DNA of 58,172 nucleotides from a virus (Duplodnaviria; Caudoviricetes): IMG/VR virus record IMGVR_UViG_3300028610_000686, positions 1 to 58,172 of that record; one strand, 5' to 3'. Shown piece by piece: positions 19,653 to 30,165 of this stretch (position 1 is its first letter; each line of letters starts with the position of its first letter). The notes under the pieces were generated by a model. It saw only the letters and a program-made list of their open reading frames with translations, ran no database searches and was not told where the DNA came from. The position numbers and the translations under genes were made by a program.

Positions 19653-20492
19653 ATGACTTACGAATACAAAAAAAACGAAGAGGGAGAACGACAACATGAT
19701 GAAAGTGGTAATTTTATCGTAATTGACAGCAAGACAAAAGAAGAACGGGTTACAGATCTTTTGGTTTTGTTGAATGATAAAATCCCTACAAAAAATTCAG
19801 AAGCAGAGGCGAATCGAAAAGAAAACTCGAAGTTAAAGGCGAGTCTCAAAGAAATAAATGAAAAATATTCTGTGATAGGCGACCCTGAGGAAGCTCTAAA
19901 ACTGATCAACATTGCAAAATCTGTCAGTGCGAAAGATTTAGTAGACGGGGCAAAAGCGGAACAGGCAAAACTCGATTTACTTGCTGACAGTAAACAGCAA
20001 ATTGAGACACTTCATAAAGAATATGGTTCCAAATTGCAAATTATCGCTGATGAAAACACAAGTTTGAAAGAGGATGAATTCAAAAATTTCAAACTTGGGG
20101 AATTAACGAATGCAAAAGCGCTCAAAGGGACGATATACGAAAATCACTTAAAAGGTGCTTTAAATGAATTTGGCCCAAACATCAAACGCGATGAAGAAGG
20201 CAAAGCGGTGGTAGTAGATTGGACCGGGAATATAATCAGAACAACCGACCCGGAAAATATGGGTCAACCTGCGCAGATCGGTGAAGGGCTAAAAAAACTG
20301 ATTGAATCACATCCGAATAAAGGAAATATTTTAATGGCAGGCACGGGTGGTGACGATAATTCGAATCCATTGCTTAAATCGGACGGCGGTGCCGTGAACG
20401 TGACGCGCGCACAAGTCAAGGCACCGGCTGATTATAAAAGAATAACCGAACAAGCAGCAAAAGAAGGTGTAAAAGTCAACATTGTAGACTGA
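19653..20492 (+). CDS. Capsid scaffolding protein (DUF6651-like)
   Basis: Coiled-coil; NSEAEANRKE, GQPAQIGEGLKKLIESHPNKGNIL; directly upstream of capsid; ATG after GGAG. Confidence 0.75.
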   Translation: MTYEYKKNEEGERQHDESGNFIVIDSKTKEERVTDLLVLLNDKIPTKNSEAEANRKENSKLKASLKEINEKYSVIGDPEEALKLINIAKSVSAKDLVDGAKAEQAKLDLLADSKQQIETLHKEYGSKLQIIADENTSLKEDEFKNFKLGELTNAKALKGTIYENHLKGALNEFGPNIKRDEEGKAVVVDWTGNIIRTTDPENMGQPAQIGEGLKKLIESHPNKGNILMAGTGGDDNSNPLLKSDGGAVNVTRAQVKAPADYKRITEQAAKEGVKVNIVD

Positions 20493-20558
20493 CAGTATAG
20501 GACCGTGCAACCTCATATTGTCTATTTTTTTAATTGCACAATTTTATGAGGTTGTATT

Positions 20559-21746
20559 ATGGCCAATACTCTTGGTGCTTATAATCCGATTTTCTACGCT
20601 CAAGAAGTGTTGCGGATTATGATGGAAATGTACGGAATGATTAATCGTGTCAACCGTACTTTTGAAGATGAAAGAAAATCTTTTGATAGAGGTGAATATA
20701 TCTCGATCAAACGCCCTTCCGCAATGACTACGCAAGCAGGCGCGAACGGAACCATTGCAGATCTTACCACAGAAACCGTTCAAATTCAATTATCAAACTG
20801 GCGTGAAGTAAAATTTGCGGTCAATGATAAAGAATACGCTTTTTCTAAAGATGAACTGATTCGCGACCACATCGCACCAGCCGCCTACGCTCTAGGCAAT
20901 TATGTCAATACTCAGTTGACATTACTCGCAAAAGACATCCCTTGGTTTTCTCCGTGGACTGGCACAATCGTTTCTTCTGATGTGACAGCCGGAATGAAAG
21001 TGTTGAAAGACACCGGCGCAGGTGTCGCTGGTGATTCTGAAAATATTCATATGGGTATTGATACCACCGTTTCCGCAGCATTGCAGGGGTTGAGCGATTT
21101 TAACGCGGCGAATATCGCTGGAAATACCAATACGGCACTTGTCAATGGAAAAAATCCAGGACGTTTCGGCGTTGGTGATTTCTTCGATGATCAAACTTTT
21201 GCAAGTTTCACATCAGGCACGATTGTTTCCGGGGCAAGTGATCTTGCCGGCGCATTGTCTGCCAACGTGGCGCTTGGAGCTACAAGTTTTCCAATGGACA
21301 GTTTGGCAGCATCAGAGACAGTTGTAAAAGGTGATTCGTTTGTCGTTGCTGGTTCTTCTCAGCGTTATGCGATTACGGCACCTGTCACGTTAAGTTCAAA
21401 TGCGATGACGGTTGTTGTTACTCCTCCCGCTGCGATTGCTTACACAAGTGGTGACGTTGTGACATTTGAAACAAAGGCGACGGCTTATGCGGATGCATAC
21501 GAGCCTAATCTTCTTTTCCACCGTGACGCTTTTGCACTAGTTACGGCCCCTCTACCCGATGCTTCTCTCGGAAATCTTGGTGTTGATGTTTTCACGGCGA
21601 CCGATCCAGTTTCCGGGCTTAGTGTTCGTGCAAGACGTGCATATGTTGATGCAAGCTCCAAAGTGGCAGTGACTGTTGACGTTCTGTTTGGAGGTAAGAC
21701 ATTGAATCCAAACTACGCGGTTGTGATGCGTAGAAACACTCCTTAA
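20559..21746 (+). CDS. Major capsid protein (P22 coat gp5-like) with an inserted Ig-like domain
   Basis: MANTL..., VNRTFE..GEYISIKRP, IAPAAYAL, NLLFHRDAFALVTAPL, DVLFGGKTLNP. Confidence 0.88.
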   Translation: MANTLGAYNPIFYAQEVLRIMMEMYGMINRVNRTFEDERKSFDRGEYISIKRPSAMTTQAGANGTIADLTTETVQIQLSNWREVKFAVNDKEYAFSKDELIRDHIAPAAYALGNYVNTQLTLLAKDIPWFSPWTGTIVSSDVTAGMKVLKDTGAGVAGDSENIHMGIDTTVSAALQGLSDFNAANIAGNTNTALVNGKNPGRFGVGDFFDDQTFASFTSGTIVSGASDLAGALSANVALGATSFPMDSLAASETVVKGDSFVVAGSSQRYAITAPVTLSSNAMTVVVTPPAAIAYTSGDVVTFETKATAYADAYEPNLLFHRDAFALVTAPLPDASLGNLGVDVFTATDPVSGLSVRARRAYVDASSKVAVTVDVLFGGKTLNPNYAVVMRRNTP

Positions 21747-22008
21747 TCTTTATTTTCCATAATCCGATGGCTCATTCGTGGGCCGTCAGAGAAAAGAGGT
21801 AATCATGAAAACATTTGAAACAGTTCGAATTTACAAGAACGGAAAACCGGTTCAAGTAAATGTGAAAGATAAAGAAAAGTACCTTGAAAATAAGAAGGGG
21901 TTTAAGGGGTTTTCGGAAAAAGAAGAAAAAGTTGGTTTGAAAAAATAAGTGGAAAAAGTTCAGGTAAATTAGCAGGGCCATTAGTGGCCCCTAAAACTAC
22001 AGAGGAAA

Positions 22009-23451
22009 ATGGCTATTCAACAAAAAGATACTTACGGTCATGAAATTGCGACATATGACAACGTCATAAATAAATGGGGGTCCGCTCCCGATATTGACAC
22101 CGCTGATACTACCGCCGGAGCGCAAATCATCTGGCCGGTAAAAGCAGCAACACAACTATATTTGTTCATTGATTCACCAATTGCGTTAACAGTTGTTTCA
22201 ACGGATACTGAGGATACACCGGCGGTGGGAACACTGACTTTAGGTGCTCAGATGACGGATACCGAAACAGTGACAATTGGCACTAAAGTATACTCATTTC
22301 AGACAACTCTAACGGACGTCGACGGCAATGTTTTAATTGGCATCGATGCTTCAGCTTCCATTAATAACTTAATTGCCGCGGTCAATCTTGCGACGGGTGC
22401 GGGGACTACTTACGCGGCGTCGATGACTGAGAATGATGCTGGTGTTTTTGCTATTGTCGGGGCCGGTGACACAATGACTCTATACGTCACGACTGCAACC
22501 GCAATTGCGACTACAGACGTTGCAATTGGGATACTTACGATAAGTGGCGGGCTACCCGCCGATACTCAAACAGTTACAATGGCATCTAAAGTTTATACTT
22601 TCCAGACAAGTTTAACTAATGTTGATGGCAACGTACAAATAGGGGTTGATGAATCCGCTACTATTGATAATCTGATCGCTGCAATTAATTTAGGAGAAGG
22701 GGCTGGCACAGCTTATGCGGCTGCGATGACTGCGAACGCCGCGCCCACATCAGCTTTTGAGGGTGCTGGGGATACAATGGTACTCCATGCTGATACTAAT
22801 ATAGCGACTACTGACACAGCGGATAATACCGCATGGGGCGCGGCAAATGCAGTTGAGAACACTACTTGGGGAGCTGCGGCAGCGGTTTTGGGAACTGGAG
22901 CGCACTCAGCTAGATTTTATTATCATGATTTCAACGGGTACGCATGCGAGGTCGATTTGCCATTACGCGGCGTTGACACGGTTCCGATTAGTTCTGAAAA
23001 CTCATACGGTGTTTTTAGAATAGAACTTTTAACGTCAGGAACCGACAACGCAAATGCAGGCCAATTGAAAGTGATGAATTCAACAAATATTTATGCAACT
23101 GTTGAAATTGGTGAAGGTCAAACGCAAATCGCAGTACAAAGAGTTCCGAATGACCATACCGGAAAAATAACATCGCACCATGTCGATTATGGAAGGGCTT
23201 TGCCATCGACTAATACTGCAACCACGCGTTTTAAAGTCAGAAAAGTTGATGGAACAGAGCTAACCAAACATGATCCTTTTATTTCTAACGTAAAACCTCA
23301 GGACGATCATGAATACCCAAATGGTGGCATTATTGTTGGTGCTGGTGAATGGGTGTTTTGGGAGGCCATATTAGTATCCGCAAACGATACGTCAATCCAT
23401 GCCGGGTTTGATTTGGAATTGACTCGAATACCTGATTTTGAACAGGGATAA
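22009..23451 (+). CDS. Virion structural/decoration protein with an internal duplication of about 90 aa
   Basis: Two copies of VT..KVY.FQT.LT.VDGNV.IG.D.SA.I.NLIAA.NL..GAGT.YAA.MT.N. Confidence 0.6.
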   Translation: MAIQQKDTYGHEIATYDNVINKWGSAPDIDTADTTAGAQIIWPVKAATQLYLFIDSPIALTVVSTDTEDTPAVGTLTLGAQMTDTETVTIGTKVYSFQTTLTDVDGNVLIGIDASASINNLIAAVNLATGAGTTYAASMTENDAGVFAIVGAGDTMTLYVTTATAIATTDVAIGILTISGGLPADTQTVTMASKVYTFQTSLTNVDGNVQIGVDESATIDNLIAAINLGEGAGTAYAAAMTANAAPTSAFEGAGDTMVLHADTNIATTDTADNTAWGAANAVENTTWGAAAAVLGTGAHSARFYYHDFNGYACEVDLPLRGVDTVPISSENSYGVFRIELLTSGTDNANAGQLKVMNSTNIYATVEIGEGQTQIAVQRVPNDHTGKITSHHVDYGRALPSTNTATTRFKVRKVDGTELTKHDPFISNVKPQDDHEYPNGGIIVGAGEWVFWEAILVSANDTSIHAGFDLELTRIPDFEQG

Positions 23452-23491
23452 TTCTTGATATAATTATCAAGCGATATGCGGGTATAATGGG

Positions 23492-24049
23492 ATGACTCCC
23501 ATTTCAAAAAAGGTCGGTATGTTGGACGGACTAGCAGGGCAATACGTTGTAGGGTCGATTCAGGAAAATTTGTTTATTGGTGGCAATTCATTCTCGTACG
23601 TGGACTATTTAAGTTTTGCAGATTCAGAGGTTAAGACATTTGTTTTTGATGGGACGGCCTGCACGTGTGAACAGATTGTATTTAACACTATTCTTTTTTC
23701 TGCCACAGCCGGCCCTGTCCTGATTGATTTTTATGCTGGAACAACAGCGGATAGTGACGGAACGCTACTAGGAGTATCAAATAGACGGGCAACTAGTCCA
23801 ATTGTAAATGAGGGAGTACTACGGCTAAACCCATCAAATATAACACTTGGAACTCGTTTTAGCGGTGATATGGTCCCAGCAAATGCAGCACAAGGAATTG
23901 GGAGTTCAAATCAAGGCGCACAAAGTAGTCAAGGTCTGCCATTTGAAATTGATTTCAGTATAAAATATGCGTTTACTATCACAAATACGAACGGCGCGGG
24001 TGTTTACGTCAAAATAGATGCAACATGGTTTGAGGTTCCGCTGGTTTAA
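23492..24049 (+). CDS. Hypothetical beta-rich virion protein
   Basis: In the structural block; beta-strand-rich. Confidence 0.55.
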   Translation: MTPISKKVGMLDGLAGQYVVGSIQENLFIGGNSFSYVDYLSFADSEVKTFVFDGTACTCEQIVFNTILFSATAGPVLIDFYAGTTADSDGTLLGVSNRRATSPIVNEGVLRLNPSNITLGTRFSGDMVPANAAQGIGSSNQGAQSSQGLPFEIDFSIKYAFTITNTNGAGVYVKIDATWFEVPLV

Positions 24050-24473
24050 TATGCAACCATTACAAGAAATTATTTATAAATTGCTCAAACTGGACCGGAA
24101 AGCGAAAAAATTAGGCAAGGATATCCACGGAAACGAGCGATGGTTTGGTGAAGGGTATCATGGTTTAGTTGATGTGGATAGTTTCGAACCGATCAAATTA
24201 TATCAAGAATGGAAACCGATAATCACGGGCAATGAGGTTCGGATTGACTCAAGACATAAACATTATGATATCAGGAAAATAAAGGTTTCTTCTGTTGATT
24301 ATATTACAAGAATAATGTTCTCGACAGATAAACAATCGGACATTTCCGAAATATTAGTTGATGAAAAAGGTATTTATCTCATTGACTCGGAACCGATTGA
24401 AATAGGTGTCCGAACTTATGCTAAAACTATAGGTGGAGATGCTGAAATATATCTAGGAATTGTAGGGATATAA
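24018..24473 (+). CDS. Hypothetical protein (start probably ATG 24051)
   Basis: Co-oriented ORF. Confidence 0.5.
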   Translation: MQHGLRFRWFNMQPLQEIIYKLLKLDRKAKKLGKDIHGNERWFGEGYHGLVDVDSFEPIKLYQEWKPIITGNEVRIDSRHKHYDIRKIKVSSVDYITRIMFSTDKQSDISEILVDEKGIYLIDSEPIEIGVRTYAKTIGGDAEIYLGIVGI

Positions 24474-24475
24474 AT

Positions 24476-24907
24476 ATGCTAAATGCTGAAACAATAAAGG
24501 GTGCTTTTGATCTGACATATATGATTACTATCGGGACGCCAATCGTCGCGCTGGCGATTTTCTGGTATAAAATATCAAACTCACAAAAAGAGTTGGTTGT
24601 GATGGTTGCCAAGGTTTTGAATCGGCAACTTAAAAATAGTGAAAAAACTGATTTGTTTTATCAGCAAATTGAGAATGATGTTAAAGCATTCAAAGAGGAT
24701 AACGCGAGACAGCACGGCCTTTGCTCGACTCACAACAGGTCAATCGCGACAATAGTATCGAATCAGAAAGCACAAGAGATTACTCAGAATTACATGAAGG
24801 ATCTCTTTGACGATATCAAACAATTACAAATTGCGACAAACGAAGCAATAGCGAACAACACCGGAGTATTAACGAGGCTTCTTTTTATGATAGAGGAGCG
24901 GAAATGA
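24476..24907 (+). CDS. Single-TM coiled-coil protein (holin/hemolysin-like candidate)
   Basis: N-terminal TM YMITIGTPIVALAIFWY followed by coiled coil. Confidence 0.45.
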   Translation: MLNAETIKGAFDLTYMITIGTPIVALAIFWYKISNSQKELVVMVAKVLNRQLKNSEKTDLFYQQIENDVKAFKEDNARQHGLCSTHNRSIATIVSNQKAQEITQNYMKDLFDDIKQLQIATNEAIANNTGVLTRLLFMIEERK

Positions 24908-25086
24908 TCATAAAATGGTTGATCGAACATAAAGAATCCGGCCTTTGCATATCAAAAGACAGAGGGCTTGAAAAAGCGGTTGATTATCATGAATTAATTA
25001 ATTTTGATGACAAACGAGATGCTCAAAGATTTATCAATACATTAAAATTCAACAAAACTTATTTTGTATCGGAACATAAATATTAA
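24904..25086 (+). CDS. Hypothetical protein
   Basis: GAGGAG RBS; coupled. Confidence 0.5.
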   Translation: MIIKWLIEHKESGLCISKDRGLEKAVDYHELINFDDKRDAQRFINTLKFNKTYFVSEHKY

Positions 25087-26204
25087 TGGCTGACGAGTAT
25101 CAAAAAATAGTAAATGCGACTTACGACCACGCAACTGATCTTGAGTTATTGAGTAATACTCAAACGCGCAAACTATTAGTTGATATCCGGAAACTTCAAA
25201 AAGATTTAAAAGAGCAATTGCGAAGAATTGACCCAACATCACCAACAAGACCACGAACGAAACAAAAACGATTAGAACAGTATCTTAAAATATCAGATAA
25301 TTTGATCAATACTGTTTATTTGAAACTTGGAAAAACACAAGACGGCTACCTGGAAAATCTTGTCAAAATGGAAGATCAGGCGACGAAGAATATCGTAAAT
25401 AATTCTCTTGGGGATCCGGTTTTGACTGTAAATATTGACAGCAATCAATTAAATATTCTGTCACGTCAAACACTGGCTGAAGGACTACCGGCTGATAGTT
25501 GGTTTAAAAACAAATTACCGAATGACTTTAAATCAACAATGGTTCGCCAATTACAAACAGGAATCGCACAAAATGAAACGATTCAGCAACTAACGTCACG
25601 GATAAATAAAAGAACGGATATCGAAAGACGTCACGTTGAAACATTGGTTCGAACCACGACAAATGCAGTTGCAAATAAAACCCGTGATCAGGTTTATATA
25701 AACAATGATGATGTGATTGAAGGCGAAGAGCATCTTTCAACGCTTGATTTAAAAACTAGCGACATTTGCAGAGCACGCGACGGACTGGCTTGGACTATCC
25801 CGGATCATAAGCCGATTGGTGGGCACGGTGTTAGGTGGCGTCCATTCCCTTTGCACTTCAATGAGCGTTCAACCTGGGCACCTATTTTTCGAAATATTGA
25901 CGACATAACAGGTGTTGATACTTCTGGTTGGAGTGAAGGCACACGAGCGGCAATGGATGGCCCAAATAAAGCAACGGATAATTATTCTCAATGGTTTTCT
26001 AAGCGAAATAAGAGCAGACAATTAGAAGTTTTGGGACCAGGGAAACTTAAACTTTACAAAGCTAATAATCTTTCAATGAAAGACATAGTCCATGCCGATG
26101 GATCATCATTAACAATAGAACAATTGACAGAAAAAGTTAACAAAAAAGGATTCAAACCAAAACCCGAAGTTGTCGAAATTCCGGGCAAGGATGAGGCAGC
26201 ATGA
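25086..26204 (+). CDS. Minor head morphogenesis protein (SPP1 gp7/Mu gpF family)
   Basis: TLVRTTTN, STLDLKTSDICRARDG, PLHFNERS, YSQWF..QLEVLGPGK. Confidence 0.85.
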   Translation: MADEYQKIVNATYDHATDLELLSNTQTRKLLVDIRKLQKDLKEQLRRIDPTSPTRPRTKQKRLEQYLKISDNLINTVYLKLGKTQDGYLENLVKMEDQATKNIVNNSLGDPVLTVNIDSNQLNILSRQTLAEGLPADSWFKNKLPNDFKSTMVRQLQTGIAQNETIQQLTSRINKRTDIERRHVETLVRTTTNAVANKTRDQVYINNDDVIEGEEHLSTLDLKTSDICRARDGLAWTIPDHKPIGGHGVRWRPFPLHFNERSTWAPIFRNIDDITGVDTSGWSEGTRAAMDGPNKATDNYSQWFSKRNKSRQLEVLGPGKLKLYKANNLSMKDIVHADGSSLTIEQLTEKVNKKGFKPKPEVVEIPGKDEAA

Positions 26205-26385
26205 AAGAAAAAACGACGCGGTTGAGCATAAGAATAAACAAAAGGATTCTAAGCGCTTTTGGAATTATGGTTGGTGGAATTAGTTGGGGTGCTATTTACT
26301 TTTTCATTGCATTCAGTAACCCGGAGTTAACCAGCACACAAGTTTTAATAATCATGATCGATTTCTTTTTTGAATAAAGGGGATT

Positions 26386-26655
26386 ATGTTTATAGATATC
26401 ACTTACAAAAACGCTATGAACTCATTTGTATATGACAAGAAAAATGACAATCTCATTAATAATTGTATTTGGGCAGACGATAAAACTGGGGAATACTGCT
26501 TAATAAAGTTTGACAGTGAAAACAGAATTATAATGGATGAAAATGGAATTCACGAAAAAGAAATAAGAAAAGGTGACATAGCAGTATTAAGCCTTAACTG
26601 CTTAAGCCATCATGATTTATTGAAAAGGTTAAGACCATCATTACCAATACCATAA
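26386..26655 (+). CDS. Hypothetical protein
   Basis: GGGG RBS. Confidence 0.5.
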   Translation: MFIDITYKNAMNSFVYDKKNDNLINNCIWADDKTGEYCLIKFDSENRIIMDENGIHEKEIRKGDIAVLSLNCLSHHDLLKRLRPSLPIP

Positions 26656-26684
26656 ATATTTTTTTCGAATAAGGGTAAAGATAA

Positions 26685-26945
26685 ATGCTAGGACACAATA
26701 TAATCAAAGCTCAAACAGTAGCGAAAAGAATATTTAGAAAATATCATGGCCACGAAGTTGATCTAAATATGGACCATTATCAAAATAGTCAAAAAAGAGT
26801 TGATCAAATACGAGGCACATATAAAAAGACAAAAGTACCTTGTTCATGGTTTTGTTGTGGAAATCCACGTAAATGGACCGGGAAACAAACATTACAGGAA
26901 ACAAAATCAGATATGTCATTTGCAGAACAATTAATGGAGATTTGA
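26685..26945 (+). CDS. Conserved small phage protein
   Basis: PCSWFCCGNPRK..TLQE motif. Confidence 0.55.
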   Translation: MLGHNIIKAQTVAKRIFRKYHGHEVDLNMDHYQNSQKRVDQIRGTYKKTKVPCSWFCCGNPRKWTGKQTLQETKSDMSFAEQLMEI

Positions 26946-26946
26946 C

Positions 26947-27489
26947 ATGGCTTTCACAGTAGGGACAAATAGTTTCGTTAGTCTAGACGATGCAAACGCA
27001 TATTTTGTTGATCGTGGGAATACAACTTGGGCAAATGCAAGTGATCCAAATAAACAGTCTGCATTAATTAGAGCAACGGATTATCTTGTTCAAAAATATA
27101 CTGAGCGATGGAAAGGTGAGCTTGTAAGTTTCACACAAGCGTTGCCATGGCCGAGGGTGGGTGTTTATACTGCAGATGGAAAACAGATTTCAAGTGGAAG
27201 CATCCCGGAAGCAATCGAAAACGCAACTTCTGAAATGGGGTTGAGAGCTTTGAGCAATAGCGATCTTTATGCCGACGAACAAGCCGGTAGGGAAAGTCTG
27301 AAAAGAAATAAAGTTGATGTTCTGGAAAAAGAATATTTTCAAGGTGGCACGACACAAAATAAATATACGATTGTCGAAGAGATGCTAAAAGATTACACAA
27401 TCAGTTTCGGAAATGCCGTTCCCCTTACTCGTCACCCATACGGATATAATCAAGGCGGGTATTGGGGATGCTATACTCTGAGGCATTAA
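26947..27489 (+). CDS. Head-tail connector/adaptor (DnaT-like-annotated phage family)
   Basis: NSFVSLDDANAYF..RG, ALIRATDYL, QALPWPR, IPEAIENA. Confidence 0.8.
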   Translation: MAFTVGTNSFVSLDDANAYFVDRGNTTWANASDPNKQSALIRATDYLVQKYTERWKGELVSFTQALPWPRVGVYTADGKQISSGSIPEAIENATSEMGLRALSNSDLYADEQAGRESLKRNKVDVLEKEYFQGGTTQNKYTIVEEMLKDYTISFGNAVPLTRHPYGYNQGGYWGCYTLRH

Positions 27490-27855
27490 ATGTCACAAGA
27501 ATCAAGAAATTTAGAAGTTTATAACGATTTGGTTTCAACCGAACAATCGATCATTGGAAATTTCACGCATAAAAGCGGCGGAACATTTAACCCGGTGACT
27601 GAAGTTCACACGAACCAGATAACTACAGTTTCATCTTGCGTGGTTGTATTTGTGAAGGCTTCAAAAAATGAAGCGACCCCGGACGATTTTCAACTTGAAC
27701 GTGGTGACAGAGTTTTAATTTGTGCAGCATTGGGACAAGTTCCGGCACACGGTGACTTCCTGACATTAAACGCTGATGATTGGGAAATATTAACTTCAAT
27801 CGAGTCAAGTGCCGGTGATAATTCATTATTTCGTTGTTTTGTTAAGAAAGGATAA
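27490..27855 (+). CDS. Head-closure/head-tail joining protein
   Basis: Position and size; GGTFNPVT and GDRVLI motifs. Confidence 0.6.
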   Translation: MSQESRNLEVYNDLVSTEQSIIGNFTHKSGGTFNPVTEVHTNQITTVSSCVVVFVKASKNEATPDDFQLERGDRVLICAALGQVPAHGDFLTLNADDWEILTSIESSAGDNSLFRCFVKKG

Positions 27856-28338
27856 ATGGCTAACTTAAAAGGAAATCAAATTCCCAAAGGCAGGAGAGTT
27901 GAACCGGTCGAAGTTTGGGGTGCAAAGAAGCGGGTTAGCCGAAGCGGTGAAAAGTTCGCGTCTGCTTTGAATGAACTCGGTAAAAACATGGAAGGGAATT
28001 TCAAATTATTCACAAAGCAACAAGCTTTAAAAATATTCGCTGGAATAATAAAAGAGCATCCTGTCAAAACAGGTTATGCTCGATTCAATTGGTTTTTTGG
28101 GATTACACCAACTAAAGAAATTAAACCTAAAATCGAAAACGCCGGTGATAATTCATACCCAGTCCCAAGTGTTGGTGAAGCGTCAAAAAGTACAAGCGCT
28201 TCTTACATTTATTTTCTCAATAATAATTTGCCATATATTGAGGCGCTTGAGGCAGGATCGTCAAATCAGCAACCAACAGGTTTTATCGCAAATACAATTT
28301 TTAGAATTGCAAAAGACATGCAGAGGTCTAAAAAGTGA
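27856..28338 (+). CDS. HK97 gp10-like tail completion protein
   Basis: HPVKTGYARFNW, NNLPYIEALEAGSSNQQPTGF. Confidence 0.8.
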   Translation: MANLKGNQIPKGRRVEPVEVWGAKKRVSRSGEKFASALNELGKNMEGNFKLFTKQQALKIFAGIIKEHPVKTGYARFNWFFGITPTKEIKPKIENAGDNSYPVPSVGEASKSTSASYIYFLNNNLPYIEALEAGSSNQQPTGFIANTIFRIAKDMQRSKK

Positions 28339-28739
28339 CAACGATATTAGAAGCGACAACGATCATTACAACACAGTTCAATAGTAATTACAGTACAACG
28401 ACCGTGCGTTGGCCAAATGTTGCTTTTGAAGAACCCGAAGACGGAACACCCTGGGTGTCATTTAATATTTCAATAGCAGATGCAATAATTCAAACAATAT
28501 CAGTAAAACACAACGATCAATTGGGGATGGTGTTAATCAATGTATTCACAAAAGCCAGGACTGGTATGATCGCAAATAATACATTGGTTCAAGAGGTACG
28601 AGCAATTTTTAATCGACTTACGATTACCGGCATTCATTTTGAAGCACCGGAAATCCGTCAAGTCACAACGAATTCAGACGATATATGGTTCAACCAATTG
28701 GTCAGGATTCCTTTTGTGTACAACGAAGCACTTAGTTAA
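28335..28739 (+). CDS. Tail terminator protein
   Basis: WPNVAFEEP..PWV, GMVLINVF, WFNQLVRIPF; precedes tail tube. Confidence 0.7.
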   Translation: MTTILEATTIITTQFNSNYSTTTVRWPNVAFEEPEDGTPWVSFNISIADAIIQTISVKHNDQLGMVLINVFTKARTGMIANNTLVQEVRAIFNRLTITGIHFEAPEIRQVTTNSDDIWFNQLVRIPFVYNEALS

Positions 28740-28750
28740 GAGGTAAAATT

Positions 28751-29698
28751 ATGACTATTGCGAGAGGTGAAAACAGTTGGTTTAGATATATCGTGGAAGC
28801 AACGTGGGGAACTCCACCAACAACCGGTACAATGCAACCGGTTGCGATTGTTTCTGAAGCGTTGAAATTCGTCAAAACTAAAAACCCGTCAAACTCGATT
28901 AATGATCACGGCAATATTGTGACATTGATTAATTCTCCAAATTCCGTGTCAGGTAACTCAGTACACGAATTGAGATATGGAGAATTTGACACGATTTTTG
29001 AAAGTGCGATGGGTGCTGCTTGGGCTACAGATGTTTTAACGAATGGGCAAACGGAATCCAGTTTATCATTTGAACGTGGGCTTTTTGATATCGAGGTTTT
29101 TCATTTGTTTCAGGGCGTTCGTGCATCCGGATTCAGTCTGTCTGTTCCAAGCGACGCGCGTAAAGTCGATTTAACATTTAACTACATCGGCAAGGACGAA
29201 CTTATTCCTGTTCCAAGCGGCACGGATGGCGATTGGGTCGGTGATAACGTCGGTGTCACATTAGGTACAAATCCAGCGGCGGCAAAATCACCGATGTATT
29301 TGGAATGTGGTGAGCTGAAAATCGATGATACAACGGTAAGCGTAATTACTGGCTTAAATCTTGATGTCAATCGTCAATTAGCACCGGTTAATACGGTTGA
29401 TTGTGACGACCCAATTGAATTAAGTCGAACAGGGTTGATTACTGTTACTGGAAACCTGAACGGTGTGATTGAAGATAATGACATGTATAACCGGTATATC
29501 AACGACACTGTGTTTACTCTAGATCTGCAATTCACAGATGGTACCAGTACCTATCTTTTTGTCATGGATCATGTTGAATTAACTGATTCAGAACAGCCGA
29601 TCGCAGGGCCAGGTGATGTTGTTAACAATTCACCGTTTCAGGCGTTTTATGATTCCACTTTGACGGGATCTTTGCAAATCACGAGATCGGCAACATAA
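28751..29698 (+). CDS. Major tail tube protein
   Basis: YIVEATWGTPP, ELRYGEFD, FQGVRASGFSLSVP, LQITR; 315 aa. Confidence 0.8.
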   Translation: MTIARGENSWFRYIVEATWGTPPTTGTMQPVAIVSEALKFVKTKNPSNSINDHGNIVTLINSPNSVSGNSVHELRYGEFDTIFESAMGAAWATDVLTNGQTESSLSFERGLFDIEVFHLFQGVRASGFSLSVPSDARKVDLTFNYIGKDELIPVPSGTDGDWVGDNVGVTLGTNPAAAKSPMYLECGELKIDDTTVSVITGLNLDVNRQLAPVNTVDCDDPIELSRTGLITVTGNLNGVIEDNDMYNRYINDTVFTLDLQFTDGTSTYLFVMDHVELTDSEQPIAGPGDVVNNSPFQAFYDSTLTGSLQITRSAT

Positions 29699-29722
29699 TT
29701 TTTAATTTAAATAGGGGATAAC

Positions 29723-30145
29723 ATGGAAAACGAAGAAAAAGAATTTATTGAGGAAGTTGAATATTTCGACATTGCTGAAGAATTTCGGATTACTGATGAA
29801 ATGGAAGCCGGAAAAGAATATCCACTGACAAAAGACGCGAGTATTACGATCCGTTCATTCCAGTCAAAAACATATTTGAAAGGTGTTTCAAAACTGAAGG
29901 AAGATAACCCGGAAAAAACAGACACGGAACTCTTGATCATGAGTATTGCTAAATATGGGATTGTCGATAACCAGAATGTAGTAATCAATGGAAAAATTGT
30001 TGAAAATACTTATGAATCCAGAATGGAGGCGTTAGAATTTCAGTCCGATGAGGATTCGAAAGGGCCGTTTGTTATGTTTGTTTTGACAAGGGCGCAAATA
30101 AAAAACTTCGACGGCGCGGGAAGTTCACTGATGCAGAACGCTTAA
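29723..30145 (+). CDS. Tail assembly chaperone (lambda gpG-like)
   Basis: Between tail tube and tape measure; slippery site near the 3' end. Confidence 0.7.
   Translation: MENEEKEFIEEVEYFDIAEEFRITDEMEAGKEYPLTKDASITIRSFQSKTYLKGVSKLKEDNPEKTDTELLIMSIAKYGIVDNQNVVINGKIVENTYESRMEALEFQSDEDSKGPFVMFVLTRAQIKNFDGAGSSLMQNA
30100..30106 (+). other. Programmed -1 frameshift heptamer A AAA AAC
   Basis: The -1 frame is open from 30106 (LRRRGKFTDAERLNDFAARY) straight into ORF 30166..30549. Confidence 0.75.
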
Positions 30146-30165
30146 ACGATTTCGCCGCGCGTTAC

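Noticed and set aside
21975-21990. Terminator after the capsid region (GGGCCA-TTAG-TGGCCC)
   Set aside because: A hairpin is present but there is no U-tract; function is unsupported.
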